From Octopus sinensis (Eukaryota): DNA of 64,000 bases. The stretch spans positions 45,074,001-45,138,000 of the forward strand of contig NC_043001.1 of the NCBI RefSeq assembly GCF_006345805.1, written 5' to 3'. The position numbers and the translations under genes were made by a program. Each line of letters opens with the position of its first letter. Positions within the stretch are counted from its first letter, which is position 1. Below, one piece after another: positions 38,686 through 53,093 of the stretch. Below the pieces are notes generated by a model. It was not told the origin of the DNA. It saw only the letters and a program-made list of their open reading frames with translations, and ran no database searches.

Positions 38686-41548
38686 ACAACAGGCAAAGAA
38701 CAAAATGTTTTTGCAGTGTCTGTGAGTTCATAATTAGCAAATTTTAATCAATCAAGTGATGTACAAGGCTGACTGCTATTAAGTAATATAAAGTAGATTA
38801 GTATTTTTATCTAATATTAACAAGGGATGAAGTACAGCAATGGCTACTTGGAATCGGTGAAATAAAGAGATTTCTCAGCCCACAGGTCAAAGTTTCTATA
38901 TCTAAACTGCAATAGTGGTTTGTTGTGCCTTTGGAAAATATGCTAAAACTCTTTGGGTTTCAGTCAAACATCTGAATTAGCTCAGCTACATTGTTTCCAG
39001 GCCTAAAAACACACACAAATATAAACATTGTTAAGCTATGAGAAACTAATATTTCAGATAACACCTTTGTCAAAAGACTAATGAAGTTCAGTGGAATTTC
39101 ATGTTTTGTAGATGTTCAATATATGTGTTTTGTAGATTTTACAGTTTTTCGATATATATGTTTCACATTGAAGACATATAAAATTCATAGCTTCCTAACA
39201 TCAAAATTTCAAAGATGTGATCATATATTTTTATAATGACACTGTAGGGTGTGACTGAACATCATCATCAACAAATACAATCTACTGTATAAACTACTCT
39301 GGTGGTGTTGCATAGATGTGATCAGCTCTGCTCAAGAAGACACCATGGAAGTAAAACATCAAATAATGTTTGTAGTGAAGGCCTTGTGTCATAGATGTGA
39401 ATGCACTTCAAGATGCATGTCTTGGACAGTGCCAATTAGCTTATAATGCATAGGGTTTGTGTATAACTTAATTTTGGTCAAAAAAGGAAGAGAAATAGCT
39501 TAGATATGCATGCTCAGAGATGGAAAAAGAGAAAGGAGAGAAAATATTGATGAGTCAGCAACAGATTATTTACAAAAGAACAAAGCAACACTGAAATTGT
39601 ATATTGAACACTGACAGATCGAAGGAATGTAGATGTTGCAAATCTAAAAAAAAAAATAATAAATAAAACAAATACAACAAAATGCAAAAAAAAAAATAAT
39701 AATAATGAAATAGTGAAAGTCAGAGTGGAAGAAAGAAGAGTATTAGAGAGAGAGGTAGGCGTCTGCTAGACAAACAAAATAGATCAATAAATTGTAATTA
39801 TTATAATAATATTGATAATAGTGGAATGTTTGTAGTGGGGTACAAGAAAATGAATTGGATTGCCACCATGTAAAAAAAAAAGAAAAGAAAAGAAAAAGGT
39901 AAATGGAGACCAAAATGGAACAAGGAAAACCTGTTTAAAGTTGTATGATAATGTTTCGGGAATGTACCGTTATTGTTAATCTGCATTTTTTTAATATGTA
40001 ATTTAGACTTTAACAAACAACTTCAGAGACACATTACACACAACATGGTGAGAAAAAAAAAAAGAAAAACTGGAAAATTAATAAATATAAACACATTTAG
40101 ATTTCCATCATGCAAAACTGACAAGGGAGGTGAGCAATAAAATACTTGGCACTGGTGAGAGAAGCAACATTAGTCATGCATATAGGACCATTCTATATCA
40201 GAAGTTCAATACCAAGTTAAATATAAATTAAATATGATAAACCATAACTAAAACAATAAAATTTTGTTTTAAACAACCATTTTAATTTTAAAATTATAAA
40301 AATAAGGAAATTTAGCTTGAAAATCTAATCGATGTCATTAAAGACAATAGTTTTTGATTGGTTTGTGTATGTGTGTGTTTTCATCAGAGTAATAAGGGCA
40401 ATGTCCATGATCTTTTTGCAAAGTCCCAAGATTGATGAGGCGTGGGTAGATAGGAGAGAAACCAAAATTCAGGGGTTTCCAGAGTAGGATGCAGCACATC
40501 AGTGTATGAGATTAACCTCAGACCTGATGTTGAAAGCTTATAACAAATGGGAATCTTCTCATGGCACTGAAGATCTAGGTAGTAATATTAAATTGAGTTA
40601 TGGATGAAGTTCCAGCAGGATTGAACCCAGAACCATGTGGTTGGGAAGCAAACTTCTTACCACACAGCTATGCCTGACTTTTAATCAAAATTTAATATAG
40701 TAATTTTATATTATTAATATAATTGTTTCTAACACATTGATCAATTGTCTTTAGGTTACACCAGATTAAAAGTTTAAACAAATAAATCCTGTGGAAAGAT
40801 ACATTAATATCCATGGAACTGATGATACAGAAAGGTCCTTTAACAAGGTCAACAATTAAATCAGAAGCGGAAATTATAAGAATAAAACAAAATTAAACAA
40901 AGAAAACAATAATAAAAGTAAAAATAAGAAATAAATAGAAATGAAGACAAAAAATGAAAAAGCACAATTAAGTTGAATAACTGGAATTTTGTTTTATGAA
41001 AGTTATAAAATAGCCTTATTTGTTTTGCATTTCTATTTGCCTTTTTTTTTTACCTCGATGAAATAGATTTAACAATAATTGAAATTTCCATTTCTCGGGC
41101 TCAAGTCCCCGTAATTATATTGGAAATACATTGAGTGAATGAGACTGTGTGATGTTCATACTTTTCTTAAGATTATATCAACAATAAAAGTAAATTGACT
41201 CCAATTGAAATACCAATATAGTTACTGCTATTGGAGGAGGTTGGAGTAAATTGACTATGTGATATATTCCCTGACAGTGTTGATGTGTGCAAGTGTGTGT
41301 GTTTGTGTAGATGGTATATAGATTGACTATATGCACAGTGATAGTTTCAGTGGGGGTGGCAAATTGACTTGACAATACATTCACCAACAGTGAGTGTATT
41401 ATCAAGGTTAAATTACTCCTTTATCAAGATAATGTTACAAGAGGTGAAGCTGGGGTGAGATGCCAGACTATCAGTTTGCTGAACAAAGAAGAAATGGTTC
41501 ATATCCAGTGACCAACTCTGGTCTGTGGTCTGTAAGACAACCACTTAA

Positions 41549-41971
41549 CCCTTTTGTTACCATATCTCTGTTGATTTTGCTTAACCCTTTCATTACTGTA
41601 TTTATTTTGAGATGCTCTGTGTTTCTTTCAATTACTTTAAATATAACAAAGAATTTAGTAAAATAACTTAGTTATCATTCAGCTAGTGTTAGGAACATAA
41701 ATTGTGACTAAGGTTTGGTGGAAGATTTTAATTCAGAACTTATGAAAACATGACATTTGTACTCAAAACTAGAGCCGGTTTCAGCCGGGTTGGTAATGAA
41801 AGGGTTAAAGTAATTTTGAAATTAGAGAAGAATTTAAGTAAAAACATTAATCATTAATAAGCTGGTATTTAGAACCTAAATTAACATGAAATTAAGGTGG
41901 ACAGTTTTAATTTAAGAGGGAAATTTTATATCATAGAAACAGAATTTCAGATGGAATTGGAATCAAAAGGG
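41549..41971. mobile_element. TTAA-target MITE, outer copy interrupted by the 41585-41804 element
   Basis: TTAA|CCCTTTTGTTAC at the left and ATCAAAAGGG|TTGA at the right. The segment after 41808 resumes the same family sequence seen uninterrupted at ~50799-50988. Confidence 0.7.
41585..41804. mobile_element. TTAA-target (piggyBac-type) MITE, inner copy
   Basis: TTAA|CCCTTTCATTAC ... GTAATGAAAGGG|TTAA: perfect 12-bp TIRs and TTAA duplication. Confidence 0.85.
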
Positions 41972-42869
41972 TTGAACCTTACTGGCTTGGTCTACCTTAC
42001 ACCAAATAGACACTATATATGAGTAGATGCAGCTTACTGTTGTAGGTAGTGGGAACACTGTGTAATTATACAATTAAGATGTACTTTTTTTAAACCTGCA
42101 AAAGTGTTGAATTTATAAAGAAATGTAATCAAACCTTGCAAAGCATTTGGTCCAGTGTTCAAGTATTTCTTATAATATCATTAATTTATTTACTATTACA
42201 CAGGTACAGGGCTACACATTTCTGAAATTACTCCAATACCTATCCTGACTCTAGTACTTATTTTATTGCACCCCATTGGATGAAAGGCAAAGTCAACCTC
42301 ATTGGGAGTTTTAACTCAGAATGTCAGAAGATGTAACTAAATATTATCTTACAATAAAAATTCTAATAATGATACTTAAGTGCATGTGTTTGTAAATATA
42401 CATAAATAAATAAACACTGAGAGCAAACATATGCATATTATTAAGATGGCAACACTTGCTAAACAACAACAACAACAACAACATCAGCCATAGAAAAGGA
42501 ATAACACAGCTGGGTGGATTCAGCCACTGGAGGTGGGTGCACAGAGAGGGAAGGATTTGCTTTTGTCTTAGCTTATACTTCCACTTACCCAAAATCTCTA
42601 GAATAGGAAATTATACGAAGTGGGCTGGATCTACTGAAATGGCAAGAAATAAGGAAATTTGGCATTCAATTAATTATTCATTTACATCATTATTACATTA
42701 TTGTTATAAAATTCAGAGACACAAAATTTGAAGGAGCTGTAAATATGATCATAGCATAAAGGAAAAATCATGAAACATAGACAGACAAAATATGATGAGA
42801 GAAGATTTAAAAAATAAAATACATGTATTAAAAAATATATAATACAGATTATATGCAAATAATGAATTT

Positions 42870-43140
42870 TACAGGCTTCCTAAAACTGATATGGATGATG
42901 TTTGGTTTAGACATTTTGTTCAACATCTACAAATGGGAGTGAAATCCAGAGGGTTGGCATTTTGAGAAGGAAGGATGTAGTAAAGTGGTTAATGTGGATT
43001 TAAGAGTATGGGTGGTGAGAAAAGGGAAAACCTATGTCCAAACTCGGTAGTTCCAAGAAGACACCATTGTAGTAGTAACAAACTAGGCAGAGTGAGGAGA
43101 CATCTTTTCTAGTGAGTAGATAAGTATTTCCTTGTCACAT
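42870..43140 (-). mobile_element. CR1/L2-like LINE C-terminal remnant
   Basis: DVSSLCLVCYYYNG..ELPSL followed by SF..PTLWISLP, resembling the RR-SL-LFYRYY-G / SF-PRT-LWNSLP tail of CR1/L2 ORF2. Confidence 0.5.
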
Positions 43141-44253
43141 GGATAGCTTTCTTATGGATGTAGTGTGTGTGTGTGTGTGCACATGTGCAAGCATGCACAT
43201 ATGCATGTATACATGTATTTAATTAACAGTTGTGGCATCCCAGATGTGTAATGTATTTTGGATCTTAGCTGGGATTTGTAAAGTCAGGAACTGATTAAAC
43301 CTGAAGTATTTCTTGACCTTCAAGAGGAAGACTTAAATTGTGAAATCTATATTAATTAATAAATTAGGAAAACTCCATAAGAGTGTCTCAAAATATTTAC
43401 CTAACTTATATTTTAACCCTTCAACCACATTTCTGTTTCAATTCATTTTGAAAATAATCACCGATTTGGAGAGATTTTAAAGAACAATTAACTTTTCATT
43501 ATCAAAGTGGTGTTTGAAACATAGTAAAAGATTCTTATATAAAATTACAATGGAAGGCTTTAATTTAAACCTTTTATCTTTTACTTGTTTCAGTCATTAG
43601 ACTGTAAATATGCTGGGGTACCACCTTGAAGAATTTTTAGCCAAATGTATCAACCCCAGTACATATTTTTTTTAAGCTTTTATTCTATCAATTTCTTTTG
43701 CCAAACTGCTAAGTTACAGGGACATAAACACACCAACACCAATTGTCAAGCAGTAGTGGGGGACAAAAACACAGACAGAAAGACATTTTAAAATGGCTCA
43801 TTGGGTGAAGTTTTTAGATTTTCTTTTTTTCTTTAGAAGAATGAAGATAAAGTGGAAGAGAAAAGTAATGCCTGTAGTTTAAAGGTGACAGGGATAACTG
43901 ATTTTGATGTTTTTGCCATTGAGGTTAATGCTTTGAAATATTACAATAACACAGATGGAAGTAGGCAAGGCAAGTACAGAATTCCTGTCAGCTGGAGTTC
44001 TGATGAAGAAATGAAAAGAGAATTTGTCAAGGGGTTTCAATGGGCTATGTGGCAGCTTAATAAGATTTGTCTTATACACACATTTTTAGTTGACAATAAA
44101 TATAAATTTCACTTTTAAGCAAAATACATCAGACATAAAGGAGAGAGAACTGGCACATTTTCCAGAGACATTATCAGCATCAGTGAAGTAAAATGGCTTC
44201 AACTAAGAACTGAAAGAGGGTTTTGAATTTGGCTGAGACACAAGATAACTTAA

Positions 44254-44457
44254 TCCTTTAGCATTTAGATTACTCTGTCAAATGTAATGCTTATGTATTC
44301 ACACTATTTTGAATTATAGCTTAGAGATTTTGATGATGTGACTGTATGTTTTTAGACTGACTTTGTAGGGCAGGTGCGAGGGGCTGGATTTGGCCAGTTT
44401 TAACATAAACTAGGTAAAATATTTGGCCCAAATATGGCCTGTTTAAATGCTAAAGGG
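44254..44457. mobile_element. Second TTAA-target MITE family
   Basis: TTAA|TCCTTTAGCATTTA ... TAAATGCTAAAGGG|TCAA. Confidence 0.7.
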
Positions 44458-44471
44458 TCAAGGTATTGACT

Positions 44472-44900
44472 ATCATCATCATCATGATTTTAATGTCCAA
44501 TTTTCCATGCTCACATAGGTTAGATGGAATTTGTTGAGGCAGATTTTCTACAGTAAAATACCCTTCCTGTTGCCAAGCTTCAATTGTTTCCAAGTAAGGT
44601 AGTATTTCTCCATGACCAGATATGTTTCTATGGAAGACTGGAAATGAAGGACACTAATTGCATGGCTGTGACACTTGTTTACAACTATCATGCAATGTCA
44701 AGTCAAGGAGACAATAACTAACCCCCCCCCCCACACACACACATGCATACATAAATACAACAAGCTTCTTTCAGTTTCTCTCTACCAAATCTATTCAGAA
44801 ACCTTTGATCAGCCCAGTAGTAGAAGACACCCAAGATGTCATTTAGTGGGACTGAACCTGAAACCATGTACTTGGGAAGCAGGCCCAACTTACTCTGAAA
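44472..44900 (-). mobile_element. Composite SINE: family B head, microsatellite, alternative (ATG)n-ended tail
   Basis: Same architecture at ~49303-49730 and, partially, ~36100-36390. Confidence 0.7.
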
Positions 44901-46619
44901 GAAATGATTAACTCTATACCATAGCAAACTAAAGTACCTATTTATATTCTGATGAATTTGTTTTCACTAGTTTTCAAGTTAGACTAGCAGGGGCAATATC
45001 CATGTTAGGCTTTCCAGGTTAGTGAGAATTGATATGGCTGGTTTCACTATGAAAATCTGTAGATCAGTGTAATTTGGAAAAATGTGGTCAAGAAATGAAT
45101 TTCAGAGGCTTGTAATTTTGGAGAGTAAAGTCTGAATTGAAGTGTTTAGTGTAGGATCTGGGAAGTAAGAAACAGGGAAGGTCTCAGAGAAGGATGTAAA
45201 GAGGGTAGAGACAATATTCATATAGCTAGTTCAGAGCAGCAAAAGAATGAGTCAGTAAGAATTAAATGCTGGCCATGAATAGAGGGCAACATTCAATACT
45301 CTAGCAACTCAACCAGCAGCAACTCTGCATAATCACATCTACAACCAAGTACTTACATTCATGACTATGCATACACAATCATGACAAAAACTTTAGTTGT
45401 AGAACTTTGAGTGATAGCAAATTAAAGAACAGTTGAGAGGCCTGTGGTTTGTATTCTGTCATGGGTATTCTGTTATATTCTTTTCTACTCTAGGCACAAA
45501 GCCCGAAATTTTGAGGGAGAGGGCCAGTTGATTAGATCAACACTGGTATGCAACTGGTACTATATTTACTGACCCCAAAAGGATGAAAGGCAAAGTCAAT
45601 CTTGGCAGAATTTGAACTCAGAATGTAAAGACAGACAAAATACTGCTAAGCATTTTGTCCACTAAGCATTTCAAGAATTTCAATTACTAATATCAATTCC
45701 AGTACTTATCTTAACCAGGAAATTATTTTATCAATCTCTGTTAATTCAGTGGTTAGACTGCCAGTTTTGACAGTAAGCGTGTGCACACACACACACAAGG
45801 GTATTCCGTAACTTATTCAGGCTGATCCAAGTGCCTGTAGCTTTGGAGTCTTCCTGATGTCAATCCAGTTCATTGGATGATGTAAACTGGATAAGAAAAA
45901 CCAGACTACTTCCTGTAATGGCATGGACAGGAGCATACAACTGGTTGATTGATAGATGAAAGCATATAATTAGCTGGTTGTCAGCTGACATTATAATACA
46001 TATAATCTTTAGCCATGAGTCAGCAGAGAAAATATGGGGGAGGAGATGAAAGGGACGAGGGTATATGGATAGTGATTGGGGTGGCAGTATCATTTCCTAT
46101 TTAAAAAATTACTATTTGCTGGAAGCATACAATAGGTATGGTAGAGAGAAGGTGAAGAAGTGAATTATGACAAGTCTTTAACTGATTAGTGAAATGGTAA
46201 AATGAGTTGGCATGGGACAGAAGGGGCTGGGTATGATCTCAACAGTACTGAGAGCTATACCTAAAATCAATACCAGGAATGTGCAACACAGTTTGGAATA
46301 TGCAGGTTTGGTATTCACTTTGATGCATTGTAATTATTAATCTGTCATGAAAGACCAAAACCAACAGACTCACCTACACATAAATTTACATTGACACAGC
46401 AACATATACATCATACAAAGCAAGGGAAATTTGATGATGAAGCAAAAACTAACAATTAATTAATCAGATAATCAGTCACTCAATATAAATGTGTGTGTGT
46501 GTGTGTGTGTGCATACATATATATAAACACACGTCTATACATACATATACATGTATGTATATATATCTGTGTGTGCATATATACACACAGACACACCACA
46601 CAAACACATGTATATTATA

Positions 46620-46835
46620 CGAGGGGTGGGGTGGGGTGGGTTGAAAAGTTTTCTGGCTGTAAGGGTATCGCAAAAGGCCAAGTTTGAGGCCCAACCTTTT
46701 GAGTTCTTTTACAGGGCTTGTAAAAACTGAAGGACTGCTGCAACAAGTGTGTGAATATGTTGAATAAAATCATAATTAACTGATCCTCCAGTATTTTCTC
46801 TTACCAAAAGCCAGGAACTTTTCAGCACCCCCTCA
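46620..46835 (+). mobile_element. Mariner-derived MITE with TA target-site duplication
   Basis: TA|CGAGGGG..TGAAAAGTT..CTGGCT on the left and AGCCAGGAACTTTTCAGCACCCCCTCA|TA on the right. Interior retains a mariner C-terminal KL....NKCV..YVE* remnant. Confidence 0.8.
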
Positions 46836-47301
46836 TATAAAAATACATAGGCATATACACACACATAAATAGTGAAAAAAAAACAGAGAAAAAGTGAGTA
46901 AACACTAGAGTTCAAAGAAACTAGTCATAGTCTGTGTCATAAACCAAGATAAGATTGTATAATGTGAAGAGAGGTGAGTTAAAAAAAAAAAAGTCCCTGC
47001 CTGAAATGTCAATAATCACCCCACCTCATGATGATAATAATAATAATAATAATAATAATAAATTGTTGTTGTCATTGTCATCATCATCACTGTTTTATGT
47101 CCACTCTCCATGCTAGAAAGAGTTGGATGGGTCATCATGGTCAGAGTTAGCTTAAATTTAGGGGTACTACTCACTTAGACAGATTGGGGGAACCTTATCT
47201 TGAACCTCATCTTATTCACATTACATAAAAAGTGTCAATTGAAAGAATGCAAAGTGTGAAATTCAAGCAGTGGCCAAAATTCCAGTTTAAGTAAATATAT
47301 T

Positions 47302-47535
47302 TATTTCTGTATTGCCCACAGGGGGCTAAACATAGAGGGGACAAACAAGGACAGACAAAGGGATTAAGTCGATTACATCGACCCCAGTGCATAACTGGTA
47401 CTTATTTAATCGACCCCAAAAGGATGAAAGGCAAAGTTGACCTCGGTGGAATTTGAACTCAGAATGTAACGGCAGACAAAATACCAATAAGCATTTTGCC
47501 CGGCATGCTAACAATTCTGCCAGCTCGCTGCCCTT
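47302..47535 (-). mobile_element. SINE family A, well-preserved copy
   Basis: High similarity to 2983-3215. Explains the matching spurious ORFs 3007..3195 and 47326..47514. Confidence 0.88.
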
Positions 47536-47828
47536 TAAGTTTAAATAAATATATTAAATAACTGAACACCATGTATTGAGGGCTACCTTCATTATGAATG
47601 TATGTCAGTGGAATGTTTATTATCAGTTTCAGTCACTGGATTGTAGCCATAATAGATAGGGTTCTGCTGTCAAGGGTTCAGATAGTCATATTGATCTTGA
47701 CATTAATCTTGGTTTTTATGTTAATGTTATCTTTTTTGAACCACTGTTACAAGACATAAAGAGACACAATGTAATCACAAATGAGTTTAGATATGTAAAT
47801 ATAAACATGGGCATTAACATGGACAGTT

Positions 47829-47871
<43 letters not shown>

Positions 47872-47998
47872 CACAGCTATGTAATTGTGTGTGTGTGTGT
47901 GTGTGTGCGTGCTGAAATTATATCCCTCTAAGGTATTAAAAAGGAAAGAAAATGAATTAAAGCAAAAAAGAAAAAAGAAAAAGTAGCAATTTACTTAC

Positions 47999-48084
47999 GT
48001 AAATACATCACAATGCTTTCTGGCTTCTATATCCGCTTCTTCAAGAATCTTTTTCCTACGCCTTTCTTCGTCATAAAGTTGTTC
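47999..48084 (-). CDS. SORBS: SORBS/CAP-family coding exon (phase 0 to 2): EQLYDEERRRKKILEEADIEARKHCDVFT
   Basis: Acceptor ttctcttatcag|GAA and donor AC|GTAAGT. 86 nt, phases match both neighbours. Continues into PSQKSPIP, a motif I recognise from invertebrate CAP proteins. Confidence 0.9.
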
Positions 48085-50798
48085 CTGATAAGAGAAATAT
48101 ACTTTCTCAATCATGGCTTTTGGGTTGTTTTTTTTCTCTTTTAAAGAGAGAGTTTGTAGAATTTAAAAAAAATCTAAATTTTAATAATTAAATGTTTTTC
48201 ATTTATTCTGAAAAACATTCTAGAAATTAATTTAATTTCAAATTGAAATTTTCTATTTTAGTAAACAGGGAAACATTCAAAAATAATATATCAGTGAATT
48301 CCTCAAAGTAGATTTTGCAGCAGGTGGCAGCTAGTTCAAAAGTTATATATTAACTAAGAACTTTAGTACATTGATCAGACAACTATGATGAACAACATTA
48401 ACATCGTTAAACCCCACTACTGATGGTTTTAGAAATGAAATCACTGCAATACTAAAAAAAAAAAAAGTCTTGAAAATTATTATCTTTCAGTCCATGTAGA
48501 ATGTCAGTATGGCTCTAGCAAGTATCTCTTCCAACTGATGCTGTTTGTTGAGCAAATTATCAAGTTTGGAAGACAAGAACGAGGCCAATATATGTTAATA
48601 TATGTTAAATGTATTCCTATGTTCTAACAAATTATCACACAAGCTGTATCTGTGAATAAAAGACAAATTTACCTATCAATTCAATGGGCATGTACTCAGG
48701 AAGTTGACAAACAAAACTAGAACAAAATCAGCAACCACAATTGTGACTGCAATATACACTCTATATTTATATGTCATAGTTTTTCCTCCTTGAAGGAAAA
48801 AAACAAGCATGAAAAATCTCCAGCAATTTATCTACCAAACATTGTTCTGGGCTTGAAATCTGTAGCATGCACACATGTGAACATATATACACATTAGCAA
48901 ATAACTGAGTATGTGAAGTGGGTTGATCATGTCACTATACAGCCAATTTGAATATTAGTATATTAAATAAGTATATGCTGATGACATCTCACACAAAAAC
49001 AACTTCCACATATATTAAACATGTGCACAGTTCTCTATTGGCCAGCCATAATCTTAATACCCATTTGATGCTGTATATGTTCTCAGTCAATTAAGAATGG
49101 TGATTTAAAAATGCACTTGTTAATCTGTTCATTTCAGATATAGATCATAGAAATATGCTGTCATGTTGTCTCTCCATGATTTGGGGGACTTTACTGAAAG
49201 GCAACCTACAATTTGTGAATGAGTCAAAAGGCTTTAGCCAAAATATTGTAAACATAAAGGGAGAGCAACTTATCTACTGCTGTGACTTACGTACAATTGT
49301 TATCATCATCATTTAATGTGCACTTTTACAGACTTGCATGAATTAGATAGAACTTGAGTCAAATTTTCCTATTACCAACCCTCACCTGCTTCCAAGCAAG
49401 GTAATATTTCCTCATAGTCAGATATGTTTTTCACAGAAGACTGAAAATAAACAACATCACTCATATGACAATGTTGTTCATTTACAGCCATCATGTGATG
49501 TCAAAACAAAGGTACACACAAACATACAGATACACACACACACACTCTCACTCTCTCTCTCACATGTGCACACTTTCAGCAGGATTATTTCAGTTTCTGT
49601 TTACCAGATCAACTCACAAAGCTTTGGTCAGTCCAAGGCTATAGCAGAAGTTCCTTGTCTGAGATGTTACACAGTAGGACTGACCCAAAGTTCACATGCA
49701 TCGTTCAGTAACATCTGTGCCTATATAAAGGAGATGCACTAATAGTATTATTGATATGTATTACAGATTTTTATAGGAATAGAAGAAACATTTATAAAAG
49801 TGTCTGTGTTTTTACCAAGATCTAAGATTGTGTATATGATATCAAACCCCATTTAGTGAGTTTTAAATGTATAAAATGTTACCAGATATAATTTTGAGCG
49901 CTTGTACATTTATATACAAACTACCGCCAACAACTTTATTGCAAGTCTTAATCACTTGTTACTGATTTAACTTATGCCCCACCTAAAATATTGCCACACC
50001 TCACATTGAGAGAGACAGGTGTAAGATGGTTATGTGACAAGGATATTAAACAACTGACATTAGATAATGTTCATGGCCAAAACATTTAACAATCAGATGA
50101 CCCAGTGCACTTAGCTAAAAAGTAGGTGATGCAGGATAGGAATATTTTGTTGCTCTAACCAACAGTGGGGATGGGACTAAAGCTGCTGGGGGTGGGGTGG
50201 GTGTCAACCTGAAGTACTGAATTCAACTCCTTCTGTGGGAAAAGTTCTGCCATTCTGACTTACTAAGGACAGGAACCAGTATGTGGTTAAGCAGGCCACT
50301 TCACAACTATGAGGTCTGGGGTTCAACTCCACTCTACAAATATCTTAGGCACATGTCTTTTACTATCACCATGTTTTGACCTAATTTTTAGGTCAACTTG
50401 ACCCATAAGAAAACAAAAACAATATAAAAATATATTAAAAAATCATCATCATTCAATGTCCGTTTTCCATGCTGCATGGATTGGATGGCTTGACAGGAGC
50501 TGATAAGGCGGGAAGGGGGGGGGGGGCTTACACGAAGCTCCATTGTCTATTTGGGCATGGTTTCTATGGTTGGATGTCCTTCCTAGTACCAACAGCTTTA
50601 CAAACTAAAGTGGGTGCTTTTTATGTGGCACCAACACCAGTGCTTTCAAAGTGGCACTAGTGCTTTTAATGTGACCCCAGCACCAGTATAAAAATATGGA
50701 ACCCTTCACAAAAAAAAAAATATATATATATAGACACAAATAGAATCATTATTCATTTCTTTTGTATGACCAGCTCTTTCTATGACAGAGGTCATTTT

Positions 50799-50988
50799 TA
50801 CCCTTTTGACATCAATCTGCTCCTAGTTTTATAAATTTAAGCTACATGCTTTAAGTGATCTAAATTAAAACCTTTGATCAAAATTTCATACTAATTTATG
50901 TTTCAAACACTAACAATGACAAAATTATTTTACAAAAATCTTATTATTTTCAAGACTGTATTTTAACAGAAGTATGGTAACAAAAGGG
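50799..50988. mobile_element. TTAA-target MITE, same family, opposite orientation
   Basis: Ends CCCTTTTGAC ... GTAACAAAAGGG. Its reverse complement matches 41549-41575 and the interior of 41640-41900. Confidence 0.7.
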
Positions 50989-53060
50989 CTTGAGCAGAAC
51001 TGAAGATGGCTACCCAACAACTGTTACTTAGTGAAGTAAAAATCCCCACCCTCTTACCTACCTACCTACATCTGTTTATCTCTTTTTCTCTCTCTTTATG
51101 TATGTATGTCTGTATGTATGCATTTATATATACCCATGCATGCACGCATGCACAAAACACAAAAGCCAGGGAAAAAGAAGGAAGGTGGAATGAAAAAGAA
51201 ATAAAATTCAAAATTTAACTCCTGCAACATTTTAAAGCTTATATGACAGACACAGGTCACAATATAATTTCCTGAATGGCTATATCTTTTATTTTTGTTC
51301 AATTCTTGAAGTATTGTTCAATAAAACATTAGAGAAAGTACAGATTATGTTAATAACTTAATATGTAAATTGATATACATCTATCCAGCTCTACTGGTAG
51401 AAACATCTATATACAAGAGCCTATGGAAGAACCTCTATATGGTCAATCAACAAACTAGAAATAGCAGTCAAATTTCTCTCAAATCATACCCTAGCTTTTT
51501 AAAATGACGACCATAATAGATAATTTACACTAGAAAAAAAGAAGATAGATTGAACATGATTGAAGTGCCTGACATCATATATCTACTCAATCAGGCTAAA
51601 TCTGAAGCTAAATTACACTTATGAGAGATACATATATTCAGAGTGGTAACACTATATTCCATATATTTAGCAGTGTGTGTGTGTGCATGCATGCACGTGC
51701 ACGCATGCAGGCATAGATATACAGTCAAGAAGTTTGCTCCTTAACAGCATGTTCTTGGGTTGAGTCTCACTTCACATTGCCTTAGGCAAGTGTTCTCTAA
51801 GCCAACCAAAGTTTTTTCAGTAGATTTGTTAGACAGAAAATGAAAGAAGCCTATCATATACACATGTGTATGTGCACATGCATGCATGTTTCTATGTTTG
51901 TTTATTTGCTTACATTTTTGCTTCTCTGAAAATCATTGAGCTACCAACAGAGATTGTCATTTCCCCTGTCAACAAACTGTCTGTTGGCTTTGTACATTCA
52001 AAGAGAGATCCCTGACTTGAAAAACAGGTAAGGATTAGTCACAGGAAGAGCATCAGACTAAATCAATGCCTCAAAAATGTATTCATCTATTTCATGATAG
52101 CAGAAAAACAGATGTAAAAATGAACAAATGAATGAATGTAAAGAAACATATAAACCTCTTTTACACACAATGTATTTTCCTTATTCTAGCATGAACTTCT
52201 TTTCCATACAATTTTACCTTTAATGACATATGTATGGAGAGAATTAGCAGCTTTACTTGTTGCGGATGTAGCACGAGGAAATCTACAAGTAAATCTAAGC
52301 AGCTACTCATTGTTGAATGACAACAATATTTGTATCTAACAGGCTCAAGGCCACAGAATTTGGGAAAAGCATGTAGTCAATTCAACTGATTGAAGCATTT
52401 GATTTGTAGTTATTTTATTGATCTTGAAGAATGAAAGGCAATGTTGATTGTGGTGATATTTGAGCTCATTATAAAAGAGAGGCAGTAAATACCACCAGGC
52501 ATTTTGTATAATGTTCTACTATTGTTCCTGCAAACTTACCACTTTAATACGAAAACATCTACAGAGCCATTCAGCTGCAAATCTCAACAAAGAGAAAATG
52601 AGCTAGTATGAAAGCCAAAGAAGATTGTAAAGCTTTGGACTAGAAATGGAAGGTTTGTTTTTAGTTGCATGAGTTCAATGTAACCATGTAAGGAGAAAGA
52701 AAAAGAAAGAAAGAAAAAGAGAGAAAAAAAGAAAGAAAGAAAGACAGTAGAGCTAACATCAGCTGCAGACTGTGCAATCAACACAAAGAAACAATTGGCC
52801 ATATAATTTCTGGCTGCCTGGTTCTTGTAGAGACAATAAATTCACAGACAAGTAAGCAGCTATGTCCATCAGGCAATGTGCCAATGAAAAGTAGTAGGGA
52901 AAACATTCATCAAATCTGATAATCTAGGACATTTCTGTCCAGTCTGATAAAAAGATCAAAATGAACTTTGCTTCCCTAAATCATTATCAGACAAAAATGG
53001 GAAAAATATGTACTCTGCAAGGCACCACAATTCCATCTGGCATAGATAATGCACAAAATG

Positions 53061-53092
<32 letters not shown>

Positions 53093-53093
53093 A

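Noticed and set aside
39939-39988. Possible extra exon INNNGTFPKHYHTTLNR in the 15-kb intron
   Set aside because: No pyrimidine tract, a weak donor, and 50 nt with a stop in the required phase-2 frame. The flanking exons join directly into a conserved motif.
45000-46330. Additional LINE RT remnants
   Set aside because: Only faint CR1/L2-like hints in shifting frames, too degraded to call by eye.
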